Below are positions 20,670-30,605 of a stretch of DNA of 64,000 bases, piece after piece; the stretch's first letter is position 1, and every line of letters begins with the position of its first letter. Origin of the DNA: a virus; the IMG/VR virus record IMGVR_UViG_3300026521_000343, positions 5,265 through 69,264 of that record, one strand, 5' to 3'. The position numbers and the translations under genes were made by a program. The notes beneath the pieces were generated by a model. That model was given only the letters and a program-made list of their open reading frames with translations, had not been told where the DNA came from and made no database searches.

Positions 20670-21127
20670 GTTTAATATTAAATACGCTCCAAGACCTTTC
20701 AAGTGCTATTGCACAAATTGGTGGCGCTGGCTCAAATATAAACGCTGCAATGCTTGAAAATTTAAAAAGCTCTGCATTTGCTCGTGCTTTTGGTGACGCT
20801 ACCAAGCGGTTTAAAGTTGCTAATCCTGTTAGTGATAATGATGCTGTAAATCTTCAATCACTTAAAGAGATTGGTATTGATCAAAAATATTATGATGAGA
20901 CAGCAAATAGATCAGTGAATATAACTTATAAAAACACTACAAAGAAACCAATTCTTATATTACTTACAAATAAAAATACATCAAATTATTATTTTTTAAT
21001 AGATGGAGATAATGTAAGTAAATTTTCTTCTAGCGGAAATTTATTAAATAGTAGTTACATAATTCCTCCAGATAGTACATATATGCTTAGTGGTGGAACA
21101 ATAGAATTATGGATTGAACTTAAATAG
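20666..21127 (+). CDS. Short tail fibre protein
   Basis: IGIDQ..DETANR..TYKNTTKKPI fibre-tip-like motif. Confidence 0.6.
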   Translation: MSLILNTLQDLSSAIAQIGGAGSNINAAMLENLKSSAFARAFGDATKRFKVANPVSDNDAVNLQSLKEIGIDQKYYDETANRSVNITYKNTTKKPILILLTNKNTSNYYFLIDGDNVSKFSSSGNLLNSSYIIPPDSTYMLSGGTIELWIELK

Positions 21128-21132
21128 GAGGG

Positions 21133-21621
21133 ATGATGAGATATTTTAAAAATAATGACAATGATATATCAGCTTATGATGATGACGTAGTAATAGATAT
21201 TGATGAAACTATCACAGAGATTACAGAGGCAGAAGCTAAAGCGATAGCCAATCCTCCTGCTACAGATGTAGAGATATTCGCACATAATGTAGCAGTAAAA
21301 ACAGATGATATTACAACAGCATTTAATGCTGCAGCTGAAGCAATATCAAACGCACTCCCACACGAGATGGCATCTTGGAGGAAGCAGGAGGATGAAGCAA
21401 GAGCATATTTAGCAGACAACTCAGTACCAACACCCGCTTTAAGTGCTCTGGTCGTAGCGAGAGATAAAGGAGAAACGGTGTTTGAACTGGCAACTAAAGT
21501 AGTAGTTAATGCAGATACTTATGCAAGTGTATATTTTCCACTTTTAGGAAAATTCCAAAACAAAATGAGCGAAATTACTTTAACAAAAACAACAGCAGAT
21601 CTGACTGCAATTAAATTTTAA
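21133..21621 (+). CDS. Tail fibre assembly/chaperone-like protein
   Basis: EMASWRKQEDEARAY..PTPALSAL..AR..LATKV. Confidence 0.6.
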   Translation: MMRYFKNNDNDISAYDDDVVIDIDETITEITEAEAKAIANPPATDVEIFAHNVAVKTDDITTAFNAAAEAISNALPHEMASWRKQEDEARAYLADNSVPTPALSALVVARDKGETVFELATKVVVNADTYASVYFPLLGKFQNKMSEITLTKTTADLTAIKF

Positions 21622-21632
21622 GGAGAGAAGAG

Positions 21633-21893
21633 ATGAGAGAAATTGACGTAACAACAAAACAGTTGTCTGTAGAGATGATACCAAGCGAGGAAGTGCAGAT
21701 AACGAGCTGTAATGCAATTCAGAACTGCTCAAATACTTATGTGCTGTATAGCTTCGAGCCATTTAGTGCTACAAACTTAGGAGCTACTCTTGCACTTGGA
21801 GGATTGTTAACTATGCCGATTGGAGAAGCAACTATTTATCTCAAAGCAAGTAGCCAGCCGACACATATTGAAGCGTTTGGAGTTGCGTTATGA
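21633..21893 (+). CDS. Small tail-associated protein
   Basis: Homologous to 55438-55698; overlaps tailspike start. Confidence 0.55.
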   Translation: MREIDVTTKQLSVEMIPSEEVQITSCNAIQNCSNTYVLYSFEPFSATNLGATLALGGLLTMPIGEATIYLKASSQPTHIEAFGVAL

Positions 21894-24046
21894 GTAAAAA
21901 TTTAGATTTTACACGAAATTCAAAAGAGTTAAGAGATACAATGAAATGGAATAAAGTTGTATATACAAGAGAACAACTAAAAACAGCTAAAGGTACTATT
22001 GGAGATATTATATTCCAAAAAGATATTGACCTGAAGTATGAATGGGTAGAGCCACAACTTACTGATAATGGTGGCACTATTATTAATACTAATGGAGATA
22101 CAATAGGGAGTTGGAAAGCAATTTTTAGTGGTAATGTAAATCCTATTTGGTTTGGCGTTAAGAGCGGAGAAAGTGCATATTCAACAGCTAATAGTATAGC
22201 TTTTGATAAAGTTAGAACTTATTGTAAAAATAATTCATTAAAGGCAGTATTGCCAGATGGAAATTATTATATATCCGAAACTCTTGTTCTGGATTATGAT
22301 TTTAGTGGAACATCTAGAAAAAATACTGTAATAATACAAAATTTTCCTAATTTAAAATATGGTGATGGGGAAATGTACGCTACCTATGACGACATGATTT
22401 CCAGTGAATTAGAAACAAGATTGTATTATCATTATAGTGATACAACAAAAAATATCTTTGAATATGTTTTTCCAAAAACAGCTGTTGTGCAATTAATTTC
22501 TCATGAGTATTTAGAAGTATCAAATTTTTCAGTAAAAGGTGGAAATGACGCAATTTACAATGACGATACATTAACTAGAGTAATACCAGTAACATGTGTT
22601 AGTACATTTAATTTTAATTTAGATAATAAAGAAATGATACACCATTTTAATAGATCTAAACTTTCTAATATCAGAGCATATAATGGCTATGTCTTATATG
22701 CTTTAACTGGGTGGATATCTATATTTGATAGTTTATTTGGAACAGGAGGATACATTGGTGCGTATATGTACGAATTTAATAATAATAGTATTGATATAAA
22801 AATGGAAAATGTTAAACTACCTTTAGACATACATGAAGCTGATGTTTTATTTTTTAATACTGTTTCTGCCGAAGGTTATATATCTATGTTACCTTCACAA
22901 ATGAGTAGATGTAAAAATATAGAAATAAACGGAATTTATGTAGAATCAAATGGTACTAATAACCCTCTTTTTGAAATAGGCGTGAGAGAGGCGGTAAACC
23001 CACCATGGAATGATTACAATAAATGTTTTAATATAAATATTTTAAATTGTTTACCCGGTACAGTTACGGGTGATACACTAGCACCAGTTTTAAAAATAGA
23101 TAGTGCCAATGGTATTACACTGACTGGGTTGCAAATACAACTAGATAGACCTAATGTAAGTACCACTAATTTAAGCATGAATGTTAATCACAATGGATTT
23201 GTAACTACAAGTAATAATATAATAAAAACTATTGATAATAATATAAAACCTTTAAATTTATCGCCAAATCCTGTTTTTAAATATAATTTATCTGGATATT
23301 ATTTTGCAGATAGAGATAGCACACATACAATAATCGAAAGTGGCGTAGAAATTACTAGCCCTAGATGTGGTAAAGTAATAAAAGTTGTAGCAGATGGGAA
23401 TGGTTTATCTGGTATAAGTTTATATCTTAAATATTTAGATTTTCCTAAATATTTAAAAGCTGGTGATCAAGTTAGCATTGGTGTCTGGGTATATGTACCG
23501 TATACAAATGATACTAAAGACTACACACCATTTCTTTCATCAAGAATACAAGATTTAGATAGTAATGGTAGTGATGGTGTTGGCAAATCTATTGTTGGTA
23601 AACCTGTATATATAACATCTACACATATTGTCCCAGAAAATTTGTCGCATGTAATAGCTACATTGTATATGAATACATCAGGTACAATGCCTGCCGGCAC
23701 AGTAATGTATCTAATGTCATTTGACGTTTTTTGTGGGAGTAACGTTATTGCTGCTGGTAATAATAATTTTAATCCAGATTTTTCACCAATAGCTACTGAC
23801 ACTGGTAGTTATTTAAAATATAAAACGACTGGTGTGTATTACAATAATATAGAAGCAGGTGCTAGGATAGATAACCCTGATTATGGTTCCGTGGATGGTG
23901 CTAGTCCAGAGTTAGTATGTAATAACTTTGGAGATAGTTTTAATTATTTTATTCCTATTGGGATACCCCCTGTGCTACCAACAATAAATCAAGGAGCGGG
24001 TACTTGGTGGCTGAACAATGGTGTATTAACTCAAGGGAGTGATTAA
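21890..24046 (+). CDS. Tailspike/depolymerase (pectate-lyase-like beta-helix)
   Basis: DNGGTII..W, VNPIWFG, LPDGNYYIS; N/I/G-rich beta-helix composition. Confidence 0.75.
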   Translation: MSKNLDFTRNSKELRDTMKWNKVVYTREQLKTAKGTIGDIIFQKDIDLKYEWVEPQLTDNGGTIINTNGDTIGSWKAIFSGNVNPIWFGVKSGESAYSTANSIAFDKVRTYCKNNSLKAVLPDGNYYISETLVLDYDFSGTSRKNTVIIQNFPNLKYGDGEMYATYDDMISSELETRLYYHYSDTTKNIFEYVFPKTAVVQLISHEYLEVSNFSVKGGNDAIYNDDTLTRVIPVTCVSTFNFNLDNKEMIHHFNRSKLSNIRAYNGYVLYALTGWISIFDSLFGTGGYIGAYMYEFNNNSIDIKMENVKLPLDIHEADVLFFNTVSAEGYISMLPSQMSRCKNIEINGIYVESNGTNNPLFEIGVREAVNPPWNDYNKCFNINILNCLPGTVTGDTLAPVLKIDSANGITLTGLQIQLDRPNVSTTNLSMNVNHNGFVTTSNNIIKTIDNNIKPLNLSPNPVFKYNLSGYYFADRDSTHTIIESGVEITSPRCGKVIKVVADGNGLSGISLYLKYLDFPKYLKAGDQVSIGVWVYVPYTNDTKDYTPFLSSRIQDLDSNGSDGVGKSIVGKPVYITSTHIVPENLSHVIATLYMNTSGTMPAGTVMYLMSFDVFCGSNVIAAGNNNFNPDFSPIATDTGSYLKYKTTGVYYNNIEAGARIDNPDYGSVDGASPELVCNNFGDSFNYFIPIGIPPVLPTINQGAGTWWLNNGVLTQGSD

Positions 24047-24048
24047 AA

Positions 24049-24396
24049 ATGCCGCATAACAATTTTAATGACATAAGTGTTACAGCTACGATGGTGGCTG
24101 TAATATCTGCACTCTGGGGTGCAATTTTAAACTTTGCAAAAAGAGATACTTCTGAAAAAACTGCATTTAGAAAAATACTTATTTTTATATCTGATTTAAT
24201 GATCAGTAATGGTTTTACGATGCTAACTTATTTGGGCTTTGTTGGATATGGAGTAAATGATTTACTATCAGTGTCTATCGCAGGATTTATGGGATACTTG
24301 GGAATAAGGTCATCTCACCTTATTGAGTTAGTAATCGCTGAAAAAGTTGGTGCTAAAAAAACATTTGATTATATTAAAGAAGAGGGGTATGAATAA
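24049..24396 (+). CDS. Holin, copy 1
   Basis: Three hydrophobic segments; at the start of the lysis cassette. Confidence 0.7.
   Translation: MPHNNFNDISVTATMVAVISALWGAILNFAKRDTSEKTAFRKILIFISDLMISNGFTMLTYLGFVGYGVNDLLSVSIAGFMGYLGIRSSHLIELVIAEKVGAKKTFDYIKEEGYE
24097..24371 (+). repeat. 275-bp exact direct repeat, copy 1
   Basis: gctgtaatatctgc...aaaacatttgatta, identical by eye to 57561-57835. Confidence 0.92.
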
Positions 24397-24761
24397 TGTG
24401 GAGTCAAATAGCTAGTATTTTTACAGGCGGTGCAACAACGGCAATCAGCGATATAGCGAAAGAGTGGATACAGACCGACAAAGAGAGTGCTGAGGCTAAA
24501 GCAATAATGGTTAAAACACTTGACCCTAACGGGAAAATGCGGAGAGACTTGTCACAATTCGCTTCAAGAATGTATGGGCTATATTTGATTATCACTTTAA
24601 TACTTCTTGTTATGATTTATTTTAAGATAGGTGATGTTGAGGCTGGGAAACTTGTTGCTGATAAAATAACTGATCTGTTTACCCCAATAACAACATCATG
24701 GGGGTTGATTGTTTCAGCTTCATTTGGTGTTAATTTTGCTAATGTAAAAAAGGGAGTTTAA
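24396..24761 (+). CDS. Holin-like membrane protein
   Basis: TM segments; lies between holin and endolysin. Confidence 0.6.
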   Translation: MWSQIASIFTGGATTAISDIAKEWIQTDKESAEAKAIMVKTLDPNGKMRRDLSQFASRMYGLYLIITLILLVMIYFKIGDVEAGKLVADKITDLFTPITTSWGLIVSASFGVNFANVKKGV

Positions 24762-25169
24762 GTGAGAAGTAAATATTTCAAAGTACACGAATTAGTACCT
24801 AAGAAAATGTACGAAAAGTATGGTAAAAAATCTTGGAGATATGTCGATACAAGATTGATTGAAAGCATCGACAAATTAAAAGAGATTTTTAATCTAGGTA
24901 CTATGACGATAAATAATTATGTTTGGGGTGGTAGCAGGGAGTGGAGCGGTATTAGAACACCTGAAAGCCCATATTACAGCTACGGTTCGCAACATAGCTA
25001 TGCAAATGCGATTGATGCTGTATTTAGTGACTATTCAGCCGAAGAAGTGCGAAACTACATTATAAACAATCAACACGAATTTACACACATTAAAGGCATG
25101 GAACTAGGCGTTGATTGGTTACACATTGATTTGAGAAACGAAGATGAGCTAACACTTTTTACAGTATAA
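24762..25169 (+). CDS. Endolysin, peptidase M15-like
   Basis: SQHSYANAID and WLHID zinc-peptidase motifs. Confidence 0.75.
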   Translation: MRSKYFKVHELVPKKMYEKYGKKSWRYVDTRLIESIDKLKEIFNLGTMTINNYVWGGSREWSGIRTPESPYYSYGSQHSYANAIDAVFSDYSAEEVRNYIINNQHEFTHIKGMELGVDWLHIDLRNEDELTLFTV

Positions 25170-25200
25170 CTATCTATGTATTTTTTGGCATCTTCTATTG

Positions 25201-25755
25201 TCAAAACGTAATTTCGTCTAAGTTTACATCAATCTCAGGCACTTGATTATGGGATGGTCTCTCTTGCTTCGGTTGGTTTGATTGCCCGTTGTTTTGTTGT
25301 TGTGGCGGTGGCGTTGGTTGCCCTTGTGCATTTTAATATTCATAAGTCGGCTGCGGTCTTTGCTGCTGTTGTTGATAGCTTTGTGCTTGCCCTTGAGAAG
25401 TAGCATTGTAGCCACCACCTTGATTGTTATCACCTTTTGAGTCTAGCATTTGCATTGTCTCTACAATAACAGAGTGTTTTGATCTTTTTTGTCCATTTTG
25501 GTCAACCCATTGTTCAAAATTTAATCTTCCCTCAACAAGGATCTTACTTCCTTTTCTAAGGTATTGGTTTGCAACTTCGGCACTTCTTCCAAAAAAAGTA
25601 ATATCAACGAAACATACTTCCTCTTTTTTCTCACCATTGCTGGTAAATTTACGGCTTGTAGCAATTGCACTTTTTGCAATGCCCGTTCCGCTTTGAGAGT
25701 ATTTTAACTCTACGTCCCTCGTCATATTCCCTACTAAAATTATTTTATTAAACAT
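25201..25755 (-). pseudogene. ssb: Single-stranded DNA-binding protein with in-frame TAA at 25333-25335
   Basis: Intact OB fold (NKIILVGN..GSKILVEGRL); frame continues past the TAA to ..EIDVNLDEITF and TGA at 25201. Confidence 0.8.
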
Positions 25756-25987
25756 AAGTTACATCCTTTTTATTTTCAATTCCATCTATCCACGAAAGCA
25801 AAACTATACCTGCTTCCATCAACTCTTTAGAGTGTTTTACCATCTCACCGTTAAAACCGCCTAGATATTCCATATCAACTGCAACGTCTTGCATATAATA
25901 AACTAACTTATTCATCTTTTCAATAAGCAAATCTTTGCTGTTTTCTCGCTCACTATTTCCTATTAATCTTAAACATTCGTTTTTCAT
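25748..25987 (-). CDS. Hypothetical phage protein
   Basis: Coupled ORF in the leftward operon. Confidence 0.5.
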   Translation of the reverse strand: MKNECLRLIGNSERENSKDLLIEKMNKLVYYMQDVAVDMEYLGGFNGEMVKHSKELMEAGIVLLSWIDGIENKKDVTYV

Positions 25988-25988
25988 C

Positions 25989-26399
25989 TTATAATTCCTC
26001 TCTATTTGGGAACGGTGGCACAACTACGCCTTTATTCCCTAGTGCTAATGAAATAACATCTATAATCTTTTCAAACTCATTTTTGTTTAGTTTCGTTGTC
26101 GAGTTTTTATTATACAATGATTTCACAACTGCTTTGAAAATATTCTCCTTGACAGTTTCCATCGTCCACGTGGTATCAGCCTTGATAACTTGAGATACAT
26201 ATAATCCGTGATGATTTAATGTGTTTGCGATTTGCCCACACCATAGATGCAGGGATTTATTTTGTTGCATAGAACGAATATCAATGTTTTTAATATCAAC
26301 TTCATAAATAGCTCCATCACTCATCTTTTTGAGTTTTTCAACATCTTCGTCAGAGAATGGAATTAATATTCCACGCTCTTTTTTAAATGCTATTTTCAT
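25989..26399 (-). CDS. NinB-like recombination protein
   Basis: RSMQQNKSLHLW..IA; STTKLNKNEF. Confidence 0.7.
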   Translation of the reverse strand: MKIAFKKERGILIPFSDEDVEKLKKMSDGAIYEVDIKNIDIRSMQQNKSLHLWCGQIANTLNHHGLYVSQVIKADTTWTMETVKENIFKAVVKSLYNKNSTTKLNKNEFEKIIDVISLALGNKGVVVPPFPNREEL

Positions 26400-26898
26400 C
26401 TATCTTTTTTCTTAATTTGTTTATTTTTAAAGTTGGCTCTTTATGTACAACTTCAAGTCTAGCACCATCAACATTAACACCATCTTCAATAGCATTTTTA
26501 ATTGCTGTCTTATCAAGAACCGTTTTAAAATAACCTGCATTGACTAAAGCCTCTTCATTCTCTACAATAAGCTCAATTTTTGGCTTAGAATTTAGAATAG
26601 AGACACTTGATACTGCCATACCGCTTAACTTACTTACTCCAACATCACTTAACCATTTTGAAGAACCTATCTTGATAGTTTCAATCTGTTTTTGAACATC
26701 TGCTTTTAATGCCTTAATATTTGCCTCAGCCTCCTTAATGTTATCAATCTTTGCTTCAAGATTTGCAGCTGAAAACGCAATGTAGTCAGCTACAGCCTCA
26801 GGTGATTTTTCTTTTAACTTCCAATCTAAAATTGCGCCTACATTTTCAATATTTGCGGTCTCTAAAGAAGTTTGCTTTGTATTTAGTCCTTTTTCCAT
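26383..26898 (-). CDS. Siphovirus Gp157-like protein
   Basis: LDKTAIKNAIEDGVNVDGARL. Confidence 0.75.
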   Translation of the reverse strand: MEKGLNTKQTSLETANIENVGAILDWKLKEKSPEAVADYIAFSAANLEAKIDNIKEAEANIKALKADVQKQIETIKIGSSKWLSDVGVSKLSGMAVSSVSILNSKPKIELIVENEEALVNAGYFKTVLDKTAIKNAIEDGVNVDGARLEVVHKEPTLKINKLRKKIDENSI

Positions 26899-27494
26899 TA
26901 TTTAGCCTTTTTGATTTTCTTTTGGAGAGAATCAACTGCTTGTTGGAAATAAGCTTGAGGAAACTCTTTTAGTGTTGTTGCATTGTAGTATGCCAAAAAC
27001 TCAATTAAGTCGGCTTTAGAAGCATCTACTAGCGAATTAAGCATATTGAACTGCTTGTCTGTGATTGTATTTTTCAATTCCTGATTTATATCATCACCTG
27101 TTTGTAACATAAGTATTTTCAAGAGAGCATTTTTAACTGCGTATGTCAAACATTTGTTTGCTGCTTTATCACTATTATCTTCTGCATGAGCTTCACTTCT
27201 TATAACAATTTCAGAGCCATCATCAACGTCTATAAATTTAACATCATAAACAGCTTCCATTCTTATTTTTTTAGTTCCGCTTTTTGCTGCACCATCAACA
27301 GAGATTCCTTTTTCTATTTGATAAGGAACTACAATTACACCCTCATCTACAAAATGCTCTCTCACTACGCTCAACACTTTATCATGTGTTACTATTGAAA
27401 AAGTGTTATTTCCAAAGCCAAGTCTGCCATCTTTTGCTACAAACTCAACTTTTTTCATTATGTTATTTATCTTTTTATATATCCCGTTACTCAT
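26898..27494 (-). CDS. ERF-family ssDNA annealing protein
   Basis: DNSDKAANKCLTYAVKNALLKILML.TGDD. Confidence 0.8.
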   Translation of the reverse strand: MSNGIYKKINNIMKKVEFVAKDGRLGFGNNTFSIVTHDKVLSVVREHFVDEGVIVVPYQIEKGISVDGAAKSGTKKIRMEAVYDVKFIDVDDGSEIVIRSEAHAEDNSDKAANKCLTYAVKNALLKILMLQTGDDINQELKNTITDKQFNMLNSLVDASKADLIEFLAYYNATTLKEFPQAYFQQAVDSLQKKIKKAK

Positions 27495-27505
27495 ATCTTT
27501 TCTCC

Positions 27506-27688
27506 CTAGAATGGAATAATAATCCACCCGTTTTTTAAATCTCCAATTACTTTTTTAATATCCTTAACTTCATCAAGCATCGGCATTAAATCGTAACACT
27601 CACCACCTTTCCAAACAGTCGCAAATTCTGCTTTTTTATAATCATAATCTGCTAGTTCAAAAAGCTCTTTTAAAAGTTCCTTTTTCAT
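27506..27688 (-). CDS. Hypothetical protein
   Basis: ORF in the leftward operon. Confidence 0.45.
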   Translation of the reverse strand: MKKELLKELFELADYDYKKAEFATVWKGGECYDLMPMLDEVKDIKKVIGDLKNGWIIIPF

Positions 27689-27917
27689 CGCATTAACTTT
27701 ATCATTCGCAGATCAAGTTTCATTGACTTGCACTTTTTAATGTTGTTTTTGCATTCTTGTATTAACTTTTTCATAATGCACTCCTTAAACAAATTGCAAT
27801 ACCACCCGCTCTCATAATCTTCTTCATAAGCGTTTTAGCTTGTTTTGCATTATCGAAATAGGTGCTGATCCATTTACCTTGATGTAGTTCTCTTGTTACC
27901 CACATTTCTAATTCTCC

Positions 27918-28544
27918 TTATACTTTGATATATCTATGATTTTTAATACATTTTAAAGTTCTATCTAAATTTTTAAAATTTTTAAAATCAAAAGATGCTT
28001 TTTTTGAAAGTCTTGATATTTTACTTTGATTTACTTTTGTAATAAATGATAATCCAGAAAACGTGCAAATTTTACTTTCTTTCATTTTAACAATTATTGA
28101 TTCTTTATCATACGCTTCAAGAGTTAAATTTAAAATATTACTATCAATATATTGTATAAAATCATCTACACTTTTAACAAGATGTTTTGTTACAAATTTA
28201 TGCAACACTATAAATCTTCTATACTTTTCATTATTATCGATACCGAATAAAGAGAGCCTATAATTATAATCAAGAGTTAGATTAATTTCTTTGTTATAAT
28301 AAAATGAAAAATTACAACAAAGGTTATTTAATTCATCTAGAAAATTTTTTATTCTAACCATATAATATTCATCTATATTATCTGCACATTTGTCGCAAAA
28401 ATAATAATCTTTATCAGTTATATCTCTAACAGTTGAAAAAATATCTCCAACATATAGTTCATTGATATTCATTGTTGATCCATACTCAATAATATTATTA
28501 TTTCTATATGCATTATCATCTCCACAAATATAACAATAGCTCAT
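27918..28544 (-). CDS. Hypothetical AT-rich protein with two CxxC pairs
   Basis: CYIC..CDKC; very low GC. Confidence 0.55.
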   Translation of the reverse strand: MSYCYICGDDNAYRNNNIIEYGSTMNINELYVGDIFSTVRDITDKDYYFCDKCADNIDEYYMVRIKNFLDELNNLCCNFSFYYNKEINLTLDYNYRLSLFGIDNNEKYRRFIVLHKFVTKHLVKSVDDFIQYIDSNILNLTLEAYDKESIIVKMKESKICTFSGLSFITKVNQSKISRLSKKASFDFKNFKNLDRTLKCIKNHRYIKV

Positions 28545-28783
28545 GATAAAGCCTTTATATTCCCTACTAATTTTACATTTTTATCTTTTAGCTCATTTGC
28601 AGCCTTAACAGCATTTATTTCTGTCTTATAGCTTTCTATTATTTGGTGAGACATTTTAGACATCGCAATAGCTTCGTTACTATCACATTCTCCAGCTCTT
28701 AACTTAATCATTTGCTCGAACATAAACTTTCTTAATGTTGCCAATGTATTATCTGCCTTTTCTTGCTCAGTAATAATTTCCAT
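28541..28783 (-). CDS. Hypothetical protein
   Basis: AAGGA SD; coupled to the next ORF. Confidence 0.55.
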   Translation of the reverse strand: MEIITEQEKADNTLATLRKFMFEQMIKLRAGECDSNEAIAMSKMSHQIIESYKTEINAVKAANELKDKNVKLVGNIKALS

Positions 28784-29470
28784 AACTAATCCTTTTTATT
28801 ATCATAATACTCAAAAATAAATATAGTAATTACTGTAAATAGCCACAGCAACACCACGCCAAAAATCCCATAAATCATATTGAAATAATATTCAGTCATC
28901 GAAGTGCCAATTCTAAGCACAGTGCAAAAATAATTGATATAACAATACTTTCTATAAATAGAGATTTAATAGGGTGCTTCATACACCATCGCCAATAATT
29001 TCGCTCTACCTCATTAAAACTTTTCATAATATCTCCTTTTTTGAACTTAAAAAGCTCACGACACACATCAAGGAAAAAATGATAAAACCTTTTAAAAACA
29101 AAATATCGAGTTCAAAATAAAGGAGTAACTATTTTTTTTAATGTGTGTAATCAACTTTTTTAGAAACACACCGTTCGGAATTTAGCTGAATTGGAGATGT
29201 GCTTCATCAAAAAGTTTAAATCGGTTTATTTAGTGACCGAAATTCTATTTTAATCCATTCACTATCTAGGACTTATAAATAAATATTAAGAAATAAAATC
29301 TCTTAAATAACTCAAACAAAAAGCTAAACTTCTCGTTTGCATAGGAAAATTATAATAGAATATTTCTTAAATGTTTATTAATTTAGTAATACCTTTTACA
29401 ATTTGTAAAGTAATACCTATTTAAGGTTAGTTATTGTAGAATTTCACATATACATATTAAAAGGAATAGA

Positions 29471-29632
29471 ATGAAAGTGTTTTCAATAAAGCTGAATGAG
29501 GCTGATTATAATCTACTAAGGACCGCTGCAATGAAGTCATATGATGCAGATAAGCATAAGAAGTCTTACGGGGTTGGAACGTTTATTAAAGAGGCTTCAA
29601 TTTCAAAAGCTAAAAGGGTGGTTAAAAAATGA
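29471..29632 (+). CDS. Small ribbon-helix-helix-like regulator
   Basis: Hand translation MKVFSIKLNEADYNLLRTAA..VGTFIKEAS; AAGGA SD; first gene of B's rightward operon. Confidence 0.55.
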   Translation: MKVFSIKLNEADYNLLRTAAMKSYDADKHKKSYGVGTFIKEASISKAKRVVKK

Positions 29633-29967
29633 TAAGTAAAGAATTATTAAGTGCTGTTACAGGAATGGAATGCAGTGAAGGAAGAGAATTATATGGGAAA
29701 TGGAGCAACAAGATAGAGTTCTCTATATCTAAGCACAATCATTTTAACTATGCAGTAAAAGATACGATTAACATCTATGAACTTGCGTATAAATGCAAAA
29801 AATGGGCTTTAAAGAATAATGTAAAATTGTGGTCAATCTTAGATAGTTACAATAGTGCAATAGTGAGAATTAATGAAATTAGCAAAAGAGAATTTTATTC
29901 ACACACAGAGCCAGATGCAATATTTAAAGCTTGTGAATGGATATTAGAAAATAAAGATAAGAAATAA
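29629..29967 (+). CDS. Hypothetical protein (paralog of 38266-38688)
   Basis: SKELL..INIYELA..CK.WA..TEP..FK.C.W. Confidence 0.65.
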   Translation: MISKELLSAVTGMECSEGRELYGKWSNKIEFSISKHNHFNYAVKDTINIYELAYKCKKWALKNNVKLWSILDSYNSAIVRINEISKREFYSHTEPDAIFKACEWILENKDKK

Positions 29968-30182
29968 TGGATAACATCGCACAACTAAACACACAGCTAG
30001 ACAGAGATAAAGTGCTAGACAATGCTATTTATTATGCAATATGCGGGCTACACGGCTTAAAAGATGGTGACACTATTACAAGTGTGGTGAGGCTTGAAAT
30101 TGCTATGTATTATATTCAGAGAGCTATTAACAATATTAAGGAGAATAAGAACTATGAATCAAAAACAAAGAATACTAACTGA
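29967..30182 (+). CDS. Hypothetical protein
   Basis: Coupled ORF. Confidence 0.45.
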   Translation: MDNIAQLNTQLDRDKVLDNAIYYAICGLHGLKDGDTITSVVRLEIAMYYIQRAINNIKENKNYESKTKNTN

Positions 30183-30378
30183 CTTGTTAAAAGGCTTACA
30201 CGTCAATATGCTTAACGACCTGGAACGATACGGAAGCAGTTGCAGAAGCAGAATATCCGAACTACGTGCTAGTGGTTACCCAATAAAAGATTATTTTGAA
30301 CTTTCACCAAACGGAAGCAGATACAAAGTTTATTTTCTTGATGCGGAATATCTAAAGGAGTATCACAATGCAAAATAA
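30154..30378 (+). CDS. Winged-HTH protein
   Basis: QKQRIL..RSRISELRASGYPI..YFL; AAGGAG SD. Confidence 0.65.
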   Translation: MNQKQRILTDLLKGLHVNMLNDLERYGSSCRSRISELRASGYPIKDYFELSPNGSRYKVYFLDAEYLKEYHNAK

Positions 30379-30580
30379 AGAGAAGTTGGAAGAGTTGAAA
30401 CGAGATCACGACATAGAAATCAGAATGAGAACTGATTTTGAGTTTGCACTTGAAACAATATCGGAGAAACACAACATCACAGCGGATGATATTTCAAATT
30501 TTAAAGATACTATTACGGAATTAAAAGAGTATTGGAACGACATTAGTTGTGATGAGGTTTTTGAAGCTGTTTTGTCGTAG
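30368..30580 (+). CDS. Hypothetical protein
   Basis: AAGGAG SD; acidic ORF. Confidence 0.55.
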   Translation: MQNKEKLEELKRDHDIEIRMRTDFEFALETISEKHNITADDISNFKDTITELKEYWNDISCDEVFEAVLS

Positions 30581-30605
30581 CAAAGTTTTTAATTAAGCTT
30601 TGTTT

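Larger units (their letters stand above)
1..24096. mobile_element. Phage A, left part (temperate HK97-like siphovirus: immunity, replication, head, tail)
   Basis: Lambdoid order cI-cro-cII-replication-HNH-terS-terL-portal-protease-capsid-neck-tail-TMP-tailspike-holin. Confidence 0.9.

Noticed and set aside
25333-25335. Stop-codon reassignment in phage B
   Set aside because: Single case; TAA, TAG and TGA terminate the other genes normally
25224-25433. Separate 69-aa minus-strand gene, or a frameshifted ssb tail
   Set aside because: The ssb tail continues in ssb's own frame past the TAA; this ORF is an off-frame reading of the Q/P linker
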